Part shown: in pieces, positions 1 to 11,430 of the stretch
Layout: each line of letters begins with the position of its first letter
Numbering within the stretch: the stretch's first letter is position 1
Assembly (NCBI GenBank): GCA_013239625.1
Contig: MU054323.1
Location: 5,321,220 to 5,385,219, forward strand
Length of the DNA stretch: 64,000 bases
Source of the DNA: Lama guanicoe
Lineage: Eukaryota
Reading direction: 5' to 3'
The notes under the pieces: generated by a model
Database searches by the model: none
What the model was told of the DNA's origin: nothing
Seen by the model: the letters and a program-made list of their open reading frames with translations, nothing else
Made by a program: the position numbers and the translations under genes

Positions 1-120
1 CTAAGACACTGCATTCGGGACAGAGCCTGCTTGAGACAGTTTCAATAAATCTTCCACTCCGCATTCACCCTGAACACCTCCTCCAGACAGAGCCCTGTGC
101 TTTCTGAGTGGATCTGCAAT
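1..120 (+). mobile_element. Possible 3' part of an old LTR (truncated by window edge)
   Basis: AATAAA at ~44-49 followed by a short U5-like stretch; family not recognised. Confidence 0.25.
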
Positions 121-984
121 GAATAGGACCTTCTCTTTTCTTCTCCAAAATAGAGTTGCAGTAATGTGGTTACATGGACAGTTGCTTACGTTTAATTTCG
201 TAATAGGGCAAGAAGTAGATTTCTTCTAGGGATGATGGAAGTTCTGGACAATTATGATATTTCTTTGAAAATTCAAGTTCATAGAGTTAGGAGATCAAGA
301 TTTATAATGCTAGACCTGTGACTTCACCATTCTAGACCACAGTTTCCCCAATCGAAAGATAATGGGGTGGTGGGGGTATGCAATGACTGAGCACTAGACA
401 ACTGGACCGTTCTTCCTACAGTCCCCTACCCCCAGCAGTTGCCTTCCTGCTACCTGATTGCTGGAAAGCACCACCACGCCGCTAGTGACTAAACCCACTG
501 AAAATGGTCCTTCATCCACGTTCTTCTTTGCGACAGCCTCACCTCAAATCAAACCAACCACTACAAGCTGTGGACCCACCACCTGTGTATTTCTTGTGCA
601 TTTCCCCCTCCTCACCATCCCCAAGCTTTCACCTTGGTGGCTAGTTCCTTACCATGGTCTCCTGGTTGGATAGAGCAATCATCTTCTTTCTCATCCCTCT
701 GTCTCTAGTCTCCCTACCCAAGTCCTAAACACTCTTACCACTTTAAGTCCAGATCTCATAGAAAAGTCATGACTTTTCTTAAATGCAAACCTTACCATGG
801 TATTCGTGCTTAAAATAATTCACTTCTATAGCTAGAAAATAAAGTCCAAGTGCTTCCTCTGCCCACTGCTCTCTGCATCCCCAGAATCTGGCTCACTTCC
901 ATGTGACTTACACTTTTGGAAGGAGGTGGCATATATATGTACATATATTTTTTTTTATTTTATGGACTATTAAGCACATTTTTA

Positions 985-2350
985 AATTGAACTTTTATTT
1001 TGTGATAATCGTAGATTCACATGTGTCTTTAAGAAATACTACACAGAGATCCCTTACACCCTTTACCATTTCCCCCAATGGTAACATCTTGCAAAACTAT
1101 AGAACAGTATCACAATCAAGACGTTGACATTAAGACAGTTAAGATACAGAACATTTCTATCAGCACAAGCATCCCTTTTATTGAACTTTGACAGCCATAC
1201 CTCTCACCTGTCCTTTCCCCAACCCTTATCTCTAATCTCTTGTAACTACTAATCTGTTCTCTGTTATTAAATTTTATCATTTCATGAGTGTTCTATAAAT
1301 AAAATCATACTGTATGCAACCTTATGGAATTTTTTTATGAAGCATAATTCTCTGGAGATTCATCCAATGTGCTGCATTTATCAATAGTTTTTTTCTTTTT
1401 TACTTCTGAGATATATTCCATAGCAGGCATATATGACAATTTTTAAAATCATTCATTCGGTGAAGGATATCTGGGTTGATTACAAATTTTGGCTACTATA
1501 AATGAAACTGCTATGCACATTCATGTATGAGTGTGAACATAAATTTTAATTTCTCTGGGATAATTGGCCCCAAGTGCAATTTCTGAGCTATATGGCAGCT
1601 GCATGTTTAGTTTTGTAAGAAATTGCCAAACTGTTTCCTTGAATGGTTGTACTATTTTATATTGACACCAGCAATGTATGAGTAAACCAGTTTCTCCACA
1701 GCCTTGCCAGCATTTGGTGTTGTCACTATTTTTTCTTTTTAATTTTAGCTATTCTGAAAGATACATAGTGATATCGCACTGTGGTTTTAACATGCATTTC
1801 CCTAATGGCAAACATTGGTGAACATATTTTTTATGCACTTGTTATTTTATATTCTCTTTGATAAAATATCTGTTCATGACTTTGCACATATTGTTACTGA
1901 ATTCTTTTTAACTGGTGAATTTTGAGAGTTATTTATATATACTAAATAATAAATCTTTGTGGAATATGTGGTTTGCAAATATTTTCTCCCAGACTGTAGC
2001 TTATCTTTCAATCCTGTTAACAGGGATTTTTGACACAGGAAAAAAGTTTTAATTTTGATGAGGTCTAATTAATTTTTCATGATGGGAGGTCATGTGATTG
2101 TGATTTTAAGATCATGTCTAACTGTTCTTTGCCTAGCCCTGGATTTCAAAAATTGCCTGTTTTTTTTCCTAAAAGCTTCATAGCTTTACATTTTACATGT
2201 AAGTCCATGACCAATTTCAAGTTATTTTTTAACAAGGTGTGAGGTCTTAAATCAAATGTCTTTTATTTTTCCCTTCCTCCCTTGCTTGCCTTTCTTTTTC
2301 CTGCCAGTGCACATCCAATTGCTCTAGCCCTTCTTGTTGAAAAGGCTAAG
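985..2350 (-). mobile_element. L1MC-type LINE-1 fragment (3' UTR plus end of ORF2)
   Basis: Antisense L1MC1-like 3' end 'gtagattcacatg...tcccccaatggtaacatcttgcaaaactatag', followed by typical antisense ORF2 motifs such as 'ccagtttctccacagccttgccagcatttggtgttgtc' and 'atgtggtttgcaaatattttctccc'. Confidence 0.9.
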
Positions 2351-2439
2351 CAGGTGCTTTTAAGTGGCAGCCTCTCCGTTTGGTTTCCTCCCCTGGCTCT
2401 CTGCTTTCATGATGTCTTGTCCCTCCCTTTCCATCCCAG

Positions 2440-2522
2440 CATCTGAAGGTCATAACTGTGGTCCCTACCGCGGCCATGGTTTCTGAAGCTTCCCAACTGC
2501 TCAGTGCCTTTTCAAGGAGAAG
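2440..2522 (+). other. Candidate spliced exon (83 nt), probably non-coding or small-ORF
   Basis: Acceptor 'tgtcttgtccctccctttccatcccag|' and consensus donor 'AAG|GTAAGT'; contains GCGGCCATGG (strong Kozak). No transcript evidence available. Confidence 0.3.
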
Positions 2523-4551
2523 GTAAGTACATCCATAGGGGCAGGACTGTGAATCTTAAGACGCCCTCAAGAATTTCAACAAGAACAACCCCTCCATACA
2601 GCTGGCTGGGTTGCCTTGCCTTGTCCCCCACCCCACTTCAACAACTCTAATCTCAAAGAACTGAAAAAGCACCACCCTTGCTCAGATACAGTATCTCACT
2701 TGTAGAAACAGAATTTTTAATCTAATATTTCTGGATTTCCCTGGACTCGATTCCCCAATTTCATAATATATCACACTGTGTCCCGGCTCCTTACTTACAA
2801 CTTCATTTTACAGCTACCATATTGACAGAGTTTGTCATGTTCAGAATCCCAGCCCATGTAATAGACAGAGATTTGCTTACGTGCTAATGCAAGAGACTAT
2901 AGGAAACTATACGGGTTCTCCTCTGCAAGGTATCATAAACGCACAGCTGTACTCACTCACAGAATACAAACAACCCTGATTTAAAATCATCTAAATCCAA
3001 GTGTGCTTGAGGTAACGTTTCCACATAAGAATGTCAAGGGCCATTCCTTCCCTGACACATTCTTGAGGGAAACAGTTTAAGCCGACATACCATGTGGAGA
3101 CAAGGCGATTATTCAGACGATCCTCCGGGATTTCTTGGTCTGGCCATAGCACAATTCAGTCCCTCAGGCTGTAAAAACACGGCCTCTGAGGTCGATCCTG
3201 AATCAGTCTACGACTGTTTCTGGTTTTATTTCACTAAATCCTAGATGTGGTAGAGCACAGAGCTGAGAGGGCTCTTTATCCATAGGTCCATTTTAATGGG
3301 CCCTGGTATTTCTGTCCCTGTCCCTTCTGGTTCAATGTCACTGTCATCAATGAATTTGATCATACTTTGCCTAAGGCGCTTTAAGCAAATTGGACTTTTT
3401 TTTAATAATAAAAAGCTGAGAAATGAAATGTTTAAAAATAGGATGGTGCTGACTCTGGGGATGTATCTGGAGTGGATGCATGAAGCGTGGAATGGTCTCT
3501 GCTGGGCTTTTTTTACGTTCTTCCATGACCTTGAACATTCTATATCTATTAAGAGGTGTCACCCTTCGTTTTTTTCAAGCTATTCAAACACTTTTTTAGT
3601 GCAACTATGTGGAAGATTCTGTTGTGGGCACTAGTTTGGTGGAGGAGGAAGGGATGTATGTGCGACAGGCCCCTCTCCTAACTTTTTCACCTCTTGAGAC
3701 TCTCAGCATCCTTCAGTGCTCACTTTTTCTAGGTGGTCTCCCCTATCACTATTAGACATGATTTTTTCTTCTTCAAGCCCTTCATAAATTTGTACCCATA
3801 ACAACTATCTGGCTTATGCAAAGAATTTTCTGGAACCTCTCTTGTACAAGGTTTGTGCGGCATTAGTGAAACCTTGTTTGGTTATTTAGCATCCCTGACA
3901 GGACTTCCATCTCTATCCTCAGCCACCCCCCGGCCCCAATCACAAATTCTCCACCAGTACAGGCCATTTTAGCTCCTCTACAATTAACAGGGTGAATTTG
4001 AGCCATGAAGTTTTATCTGCATTGACTATCTGGTCAATCTTTTGGTTAATTTTATTTAGTTTTCTTAATTTATTGTGCATTGCTGGAAGTTAAACAGCTT
4101 TGTTTACAAAGCTGGCTGGAAGCTTGCAACAAAATAGAAGTTCAAAATAGAAGTAAGTGAGAGTCCTTCACTGCATCACTTGAGCACATCAGCCTCTCAA
4201 GCTTTCAAAATTATATGACCTATTTAAAAATATTTAGCAATTTCCATTGCCTTTAATTGCACTTTCTGGCACTTGGTAAGGAATCTTTCACAGTCTCAAT
4301 AACTTTTTTCAATGTTGCATCATAATATAATCTTGTGAAGGTATTAAAAGCAATCATTAGGGGTCCAAATTTACATTTAAATCAATGGAGAATAATGCTA
4401 CCGATGCAAATTATTTAACTGAGGTGCAAATCAGATAAATGTCACCTCTAATAGAGAGCTAAGTTTTCATTTATTTAGGCAATACAAGAAAGTCATCACA
4501 ACTTACCCCTCTACTTGGCCATTGGACAGTTTTTCCTGACACAATAAAATG

Positions 4552-4640
4552 CATCTCAGCTAAACCGTTAGCTGAGATGAACATATTTTGTGTTCAGATT
4601 TCAAACCGTTAAAATCTGAACACAAAATATGATTCTTAGC
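4552..4640. repeat. Tandem double inverted repeat (12-bp and 20-bp perfect stems, same loop)
   Basis: CATCTCAGCTAA (4552-4563)/TTAGCTGAGATG (4568-4579) and CATATTTTGTGTTCAGATTT (4582-4601)/AAATCTGAACACAAAATATG (4612-4631); AAACCGTTA at both centres. Confidence 0.95.
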
Positions 4641-4974
4641 ATCAAGAAATCACGGCATAATAGTTATCATTCTGGCTCTTCAGGGATTCTCCAGACATGG
4701 GTGTGAAAAACCACAACCACCCAATAAAATCTGGTATAAAATGAAGTACAGGAATTCCCTGACAGTTGCCCTTGCAAATAGTCTCATCCTTATTTATACA
4801 GAAAATATTTAGATTTAAATATTATTTAAATAGAAAACATCCAAGTAAAATACCTTCAGAAATTGTGCCAAAAAAAAATAATAAACCCAAAAACTTTTCC
4901 TCTGTTCCAGGGCCCGTTTCCGGTTTTCCTGCTGCTTCTAGGTTTTGCCATGTTTTGAAATTATGTGAAACAAC

Positions 4975-5220
4975 ATAGTGTAGTGGAGTAAGCAGTGTCT
5001 TTGGTAAATGGAGTTGAAACATAAACAAACGTGAGTTTGCGTGGGATACGAACCTCTTACCAACTCTGCACATTTACTTATTTCTCTGGGCTTTTGCTCC
5101 TTAACTACAAAATGAAGGTTTTTACAAAACCTACCTGGAAGGGGCACGGTGAGCTTCGTAAAAGATCTCGTCTAGAGCAGTGCTCAAAACGTAGCAGGTG
5201 CTTGAGAAATGGTAGTTTTC
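4975..5220 (+). mobile_element. MIR SINE (degenerate)
   Basis: MIR core-like 'ctctgggcttttgctccttaactacaaaatgaagg...acctacc' and tail 'gtagcaggtgcttgagaaatggtag'. Confidence 0.65.
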
Positions 5221-5844
5221 ACAATAACATGTGTTGATTCTCAACCATTCTTTTTCTTTCTTTTTTTTTTATTAGTAGACTGTAAGAATCCTAATTTTAT
5301 CTTAGATTGTGGCACAATAGCCAACCATATCTAAATGAAAGAAAGCATCTTTTTGAGCATTTAGTTCAATTGGCCAGGTGACAGAATTAAACCTGAACGA
5401 TCATTGGTTTATGTAAAACCTCACCCAGAGATCATACTGGGGGAAGTATTTCTTCATCCATTCTGTTTATTTGCTTTCCCACAGCCGTCCCAGGTGCCCT
5501 GGAGAGAGTAGGCTAGTTAACAGTCCAGAAAGAGGACAAGAAAGTGCGTACAGGATGATGTCCTAGCATTGCCTCTCCTTACCCCGCACCTTTCCAGTCA
5601 GCAGACATTAGTTTCTGGGGTGTGGGGAGGGGTGGTGACAAAATAGAGGACTGAAATTCACAGAGACGTCAAGGCCAGAAAACAAGTACACACCTACAAA
5701 CACACACCTACATCTGCACCAATATTTCTTTTCCCTCTTATGTTAAAGGAGTTGACCCTGTTCCTGCCTAAAACCACCATCTCCACCTAGATTTTGAGTC
5801 TGTCTTACAGGGCCCATCTCTCTGCCTGCATTGCCCATATATAT

Positions 5845-7060
5845 GATTTTCCATGGTGTCTACTTTTTCCATGAGAGACTTTAACATCTTAATCATAATA
5901 ATTTAAGCTCCCGTCTGATAAATCCAATGTTTGTCATATCTGAGTCTGGTCGTGAAAATTATTTGTCTTTTCAGAATGTGTGTTATCTTGCCTTCTGAGC
6001 TGATTTGTAATTTTTGGTTGAAAGCCAGCATTGTTTAGGGTAATAGGTACTACAATAAATAGGCCTGTGGTGTAAGGATTATGATAACTGGCTAGGAGTT
6101 GGGTCATGATTACTGTTCACTGCCGCTGGAGACAACAGGTGCTTCAAATTCCTCTGAGGAGGTTCCTTTCTCCTCTCTCTCCGTTTTGGGGCTTCCCTGC
6201 GTACCGCCCAGTCTGTCGCCTGTAACCCACTGTCATTATGACCAGAAGCTTGCCCGTGTGGTGTGTGTTGGTAAGGTCAGGGGGAAGGGAGTGTTCTAGA
6301 ACCTTCTAACTGAGCCTCAGTCTTTAGTGTTCAGGGGTGTGGACTTTAGAGGTGTCTGTCTGTCCTCCAGGGGTAGGGGCTGTTCCCCATTGCCCTCTAG
6401 TCTCTTTCCCAGCCTTAGCCTGCCCAGTCTAACCCCTTGAAGCCCTTTCCTCCATCAATGGCTTCTTTCTTTCTCTCTTAGACAAGGTAGGAAGGCCGGA
6501 GCAGGAGGCCGAGGCGGCGTTCCCGTCCTTGAGCTGGAATAAGGTTTCAGAACTGCCCTCTGGCGAAAGCCTGCACCCAGGAGATTAGTCCTCTGCTGGG
6601 AAGAAACGTCTGGGAGGGTTCTACTTCAGCAGCTCTTCCCTCCCCCATCCCTGCCCTGCCAAGACTACGGAAGGGGCCTTCTCAGATCCTCCCCGTGAGA
6701 AACTGGTGGGGTTTCTGAAGGAAAACTCAGGGAAACTAAGAGAAGCGTCTAGCTCTCAGGCTAGCCAGACTTGGACTCCAACAATCTGTCAAAATTACCA
6801 CTGAAGTGTTCTTACCAGCTTTTGGTCCCGGCGGCTTCTGCTGCAGGCAAGCAGATCTCAGGCTGCGTACCTCTCCTGGCGCACCTGACTCTCGGGATTC
6901 CAGGGGGGTGGTTTGCCCTGCAAGGTTACCTCTGATTGGTCCGTGGCCTGCAGCTTTAAGTCTCTGATTGGTCCGAGAAAAATCACTGCGTTTTCAGCTT
7001 GTACGTATTTCTCTCATTGTAAGGAGTTCCAGGCGGTTAACACATCAAAGCTGAAACCTG
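5845..7060 (-). mobile_element. Old L1 (L1M/L1MC-type) 5'-end fragment
   Basis: Antisense old-L1 5' motifs 'tttaacatcttaatcata...ctgataaatccaatg...atctgagtctggt' and 'ggtttgccctgcaa...ctgattggtcc...ttttcagcttgt'. Confidence 0.7.
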
Positions 7061-7127
7061 AAAAATCCCTTCTCCTGTGTTTTGAATCTTGTCCATCTTG
7101 CTTTCTCAGGAACCTTACTCAAAACCC

Positions 7128-7245
7128 CTAGTTTCCAATCTTGGCTGTGAGTGGAATCACCTGAAAAGCTTTCAAAATCACTGTTGCCTGGGCTTCATCC
7201 CTAGAGGGTCTGATTTAATTAGTCTGGGGCTGAGAACAATTGCCC
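7128..7245. mobile_element. MER5-type hAT-Charlie fragment
   Basis: 'cttggctgtgagtggaatcacctgaaaagctttcaaaatcactgttgcctggg...tctgatttaattagtctgggg' matches the MER5A pattern. Confidence 0.75.
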
Positions 7246-7259
7246 AAATGATCATACAC

Positions 7260-7480
7260 TTTCCAGATCAGAGTTACTTTTTTTCCGAAACCTAAAGCCG
7301 ATCACATCAGTCCATCTGTTTAAAACACTCCAGTGGCTACAGATTACATTGTTCTTTAAAAAAATAAATCCTTGTACAGTTTACAAAATTCTGCACAGTC
7401 TGGCCCCTGCCTAACTCACCACCTCGCCTCACATCAATTTCCCACACTGGCCCTCTTTTATTTCATGAGAGGCACTATGT
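7260..7480 (+). mobile_element. L2 fragment
   Basis: 'gatcacatcagtccatctgtttaaaacactccagtggct...tctggcccctgcctaactc' is L2 ORF2/3' sense sequence. Confidence 0.6.
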
Positions 7481-7669
7481 GCCCTCCCACTACATTTATT
7501 TATTCCGTTGAACACCTCCAGTGGCCTGGGCACTGACTGACGTATAGAGCATACAGAAAAGACCAAGAAAAAGCTTAGTGCCTGGGCACAGGGAACTTAG
7601 ATTTCTGTTGTTGGGAAGACAGACACTAAACAAGCAACGTTGTATCTCAAGACCTAAAATTAAAAATGT

Positions 7670-9185
7670 TTCTGTGAAGTTTAGGCACAGCATTGTACAG
7701 CACATCCTAGAACTTACTTATCTTATATAAGAGGAACTTTGTTCCCATGAATAGTAACTCATTATTTCTGCCTTCCTCCAGCCCCTGGCAACCACCATCC
7801 TCCTGTTTCTATGAGTTTGACTATTTTAGACGCCTCATAGAAGTGGAATCATGCAGTATTTTTGCTCTATGACTGGCTTAGCTCAGAATAATGTCCCCTC
7901 AGTTCATCTATATTGTCACATATGGCAGGATTTCCCTTTTCTGAAGGCTGAATAATATTCCGTTGTACTTATGTACCACTTTTTTTATGCATGTATGCCT
8001 TCAGGGACGTAGAGCTTAATTCCAAATGTTGGCTATTGTGAACAATGCTGCAATGGACAGGGGGTGCAGATATCTCTTTGAGACCTGAATTTCAATGATT
8101 TTGGGTATATACCCAGAAGTGGGGTTGCTAGATCTACTTTTAGGTTTTTGAGGAACCTCCATACTGTTTTCCATTGTGTTTTCACCAATTTACATTCCCC
8201 AAAACAGTAAAGAAGGGTTCTCACATCTGTACATCCTTGCTAGTATTTGTTACCTTTTGTTATTTTAATAACAGCCTTTCTCACGGTGTGAGGTGATTTC
8301 TTATTGTGATTTTGACTTGCATTCTGTGATTATTAGTGATGTTGAGCATCTTTTCATATAACTGTTGACCCAATTCATGTATGTCTTCTTTGGAAAGACG
8401 TATTTCATATTTTACATCAACTCATTTGCCCATTTTTCAATTAGGTTATTTGGCGGGGGTTGCTAATGAGTTGTAGGAATTCCTTGTATATTTTGGATAT
8501 TAGCTCCTTATCAGTGTGAACAAAAAATACTGCAAATCATTATCAGTAAACAAAGAATGCTGAAGCCATCAAATCATCAACCAGCTGATGCCACCCCCTA
8601 CAGTGAAGACAAGCCTGTAGCCCGGCCTCTGCAGCCACTAACAATGGTGCACTCTGAGGGGACTCAGAATAAGAAAGGACAAGATACTGGCCCTAGAGAG
8701 CTAGGTGCTTGTCAAAGGAGTGAATTCACTGAGCCTAAATGTTTGCCTCCTCCCATACATAGAAAAGTACTAAATTCTTTAACTTGAGATGTCTGGTTTT
8801 CTTTAGATAACAAGTTATCTTTTATTTGTTCCAACTACCTGGGCTTTGCTGTAAAGTTCCTATATATCCTAGCTCCTCCCCTACCTCTCTGGAGCAGTCC
8901 CTCAGAGCGATCCGAGAGGCTGTCGTCCTGGCCCGAGTCCTCCCGCCACATAAAACATAGCCCTCAACTTTTAGTCTGCACGTTTATTTCAGTCAACATC
9001 AGATATATGGCTTGCAAACAGTTTCCTTATTCTGTAAATTGCTTTTTCACTCTGTTGATTGCTTCTTTTTTTGTGCAGCAGCTCTTTACTTTGATGTAGT
9101 CCTGCTTGTCTATTTTTGCTTTTGTTGCTTGTGCTTTTGGTGTCATATCCAAGAAACCATTGCCAAGACCAATGTCATGAAGCTT
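7670..9185 (-). mobile_element. L1MA-type LINE-1 3' fragment, interrupted by a solo LTR
   Basis: 'gcccctggcaaccaccatcc...tttctatgagtttgactattttaga...gtggaatcatgcag'. The ORF at 8033-8224 (CKLVKTQWKTVWRFLKNLK...PLLGIYPK) is the L1 ORF2p C-terminal region. L1 sequence resumes at 8999. Confidence 0.92.
8515..8998 (+). mobile_element. ERV1-type solo LTR (484 bp), TSD TCAG
   Basis: TG...CA termini; TCAG at 8511-8514 and 8999-9002; TATA-like TATATAT at ~8861 and polyA-like CATAAAA at ~8949. A 4-bp TSD is typical of ERV1. Confidence 0.88.
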
Positions 9186-9199
9186 TTAAAAAGAGGGTA

Positions 9200-10860
9200 A
9201 GAGAATAGAGAATGGTGAAGATGGCAGTGCTATTTTAAATAGGAAGAACAGGAAAGGGCTTTTTGATAGGGTGACATTTAAGCAGAGGTCTAACTGAATG
9301 AGGAAGCAAGCAACTCAGACGTTAGGGACTGAGTATTCAAATCAGAGGGAACAGCGAGCACGGAGGCCCAGCAAGGAGACCAGAGTAGCTGTAGCCAAAG
9401 GAATGTGGTTTCAAGAAATTGGATTGGAGATCATGGAGAGATTATCAGGCAGACAAAAATCACAAAGGGACTTCGTAGGCAATGGGGAGGATTTTAGATT
9501 TTATTCTCAGTGAGGTGGAGATGGTGGCCATTGGATGTTTCTGAGCAAAGGAGTGACATGATCTAAATTAGGTTTTTAAAATATTACTCTGGCTACGTTA
9601 ACAGGCTGTAGGACTATAACAGGGCAAAGAAATAAGAATAAACTTAAGTTGTTACAGAAACGACAGGCCAGCCAAGAAACAAGCACCACTCGGAGGGTTG
9701 GAGTACTCAGATGTATTACGCCGGCAGGCTCAGAGGGGCTTCTGCTCCGAAGCTCTGAGCACCTCCAAGACGTGTGCATGAGGTTCTGTAGGGTAAAGTA
9801 CAAGCTTGGGGTATTTGGCCAATGGAATAGCTTTAGCAGCATCATTATCACAAAAGTGGAGGCAGGGAAGCAGCAAACCAACATTCCAAAGCCAGATATA
9901 TCTCTTTGAAAATCCAGCTGCCTAGCAAAAAAAACATGAACAGCAAACCAACACTAATTAACTTAGATTTACGAGTTAGTCCAGCAGAACTCAGATCAGT
10001 ATTCCGATACTTAGATTTGTGAGTTATCTTGTTAGCCCAGCGCAGATTTTCCTTCACAAAGTATTCATAATAATCCAGCTAAAAGCTGATAATGTCTTGA
10101 ATTAGGCTGGCAGAAGAGGAAGTGGTGCAGAGTGGTCAGAATCTGGTGCAGATGGTAAAGCAGAGACAATTCTCGGGTGCACCTGATGTAAATTTTGAAT
10201 AAAAAAAGAGGAATTACAGATTATTCTATGGGCTGAAGACTAAGCATGAATGAAGTTAACTTCGGTTGAGGGGAGGGCAGGAAAATGGTCTTTTGGGATT
10301 AAGACCAAAAGTTAAGATTTGGACAGGGTAAGTCTGAGATGCCTGATAAACTTTGAACGGGCAATCTCAAGAAGACAGTGAGATTTATGATTCTGGAATT
10401 CAAGAGAGAAATCTAGTCAGAGATAAAGAAAATGTTGCATAGTATTTAAAGTCATGGTTCTAGACGGAGTCAAGCTGGGAGTGACTGTGGACAAAGAACC
10501 AAAGAAGTACTAGGTGTGAACTCTGGTGCCCTCCAAAATGTTGTGGGAAGAATATGAGTTGGGTACTTAAAAAAAAAAAAAATGACACGAAGAAGTAGCA
10601 AGCAACCAGATTAAATCTACTAGAAGTAGATTAAAGAGTGTTAGGTCCTGACAGTAGGTGGAGTCAAGGAGAAAAGAAATAGCAAGGTCAGACGCTGTAC
10701 ACAAATCAGGTAACAAAAGGACTGAGAAATGACGACTGAATCTGTCGATATGAAAGGTATTAATGACCAATATTCATAGAGTGGATGGGACAACAGCCTG
10801 ACTGGGTGAGATCGAAAGACAAGGAGGAGTTTCTCTTCTGTTAACGGGAAAGTAATTTGT
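9200..10860 (-). mobile_element. L2 LINE fragment, interrupted by a solo LTR
   Basis: Antisense L2 motifs 'gtgacatttaagcagag', 'agagggaacagc', 'ttttagattttattctcagtg', 'gagcaaaggagtgacatgatc', 'tttggacagggtaagtctgagatgcc'. Confidence 0.85.
9650..10058 (-). mobile_element. ERV1-type solo LTR (409 bp), TSD AAGT
   Basis: TG...CA termini; AAGT at 9646-9649 and 10059-10062. On the minus strand a CCAAT-containing segment is followed by TATA-like, R-region hairpin (GCTCAGAG...CTCTGAGC) and polyA-like segments. CpGs are retained. Confidence 0.88.
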
Positions 10861-10889
10861 ATCAGACCAGACACCCTCCTGCCGGGCAA

Positions 10890-11430
10890 TGGTTACAAAT
10901 TCGGTATAATAGATAAAGTACATGAAAGTAAAGAAAAAAAAAACCCAAACAAACACACAAAAAGCACCGGAAACAACCAAATCAGGTTGTTTCCACAAAT
11001 AAAATTCAAGGAAAAATAAGAGAGCGACAGAGGAAGAACTGATATTTTTAAGACACACATCAGGCAATGACAAAAAGAAGTCATAAAGATCCTTATTCAA
11101 GCAAACTAATAAAAAATGACAAGAAAATCGGGAAATTTTAAGCAGTGATACTTGATGATATTAAAATCTTAACTGTTCTCACGTGTAATTACGGTATTTC
11201 AGTTACATTTTTTAAAATGCCATTATCTTTGAGAATTTCTGAAATATTTATGAATTAAATGGTCTAATATGGTTTTTAATATTTGCTTCAAATTAAAATA
11301 AAGCAATATGGGGTATAGTTAAAACATGACCGGTCATGAGTTGATCATGGTTGAGGTTGGGTGATGGGCACAGTGCTCATTATACCACTCTCTGTTGTTT
11401 CCTACGTTTGTTTTACTGTAAAATTAATTT
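10890..11430 (+). mobile_element. Old L1 (L1MC4/L1ME-type) 3' UTR fragment
   Basis: 'ttgatgatattaaa...ctgaaatatttatg...atttgcttcaaa...catgagttgatcatggttgaggttgggtgatgggcac...cattatacc'. Confidence 0.75.

Noticed and set aside
3241..3363. 40-aa minus-strand ORF MIKFIDDSDIEPEGTGTEIPGPIKMDLWIKSPLSSVLYHI
   Set aside because: Protein-like composition, but short, with no convincing splice context and no recognised homologue.
4562..4611. AAACCGTTA (twice) equals the first 9 nt of mature miR-451
   Set aside because: The rest of miR-451 and its hairpin are absent, there is no neighbouring miR-144, and the 9-mer lies at the loop centres; treated as coincidence.
8033..8224. ORF with real protein similarity
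   Set aside because: It is a remnant of L1 ORF2p within a decayed LINE, not a host gene. The same applies to 41384-41593 (L1 ORF1p), 44592-44774 (L1 ORF2p) and 23449-23697 (CR1).
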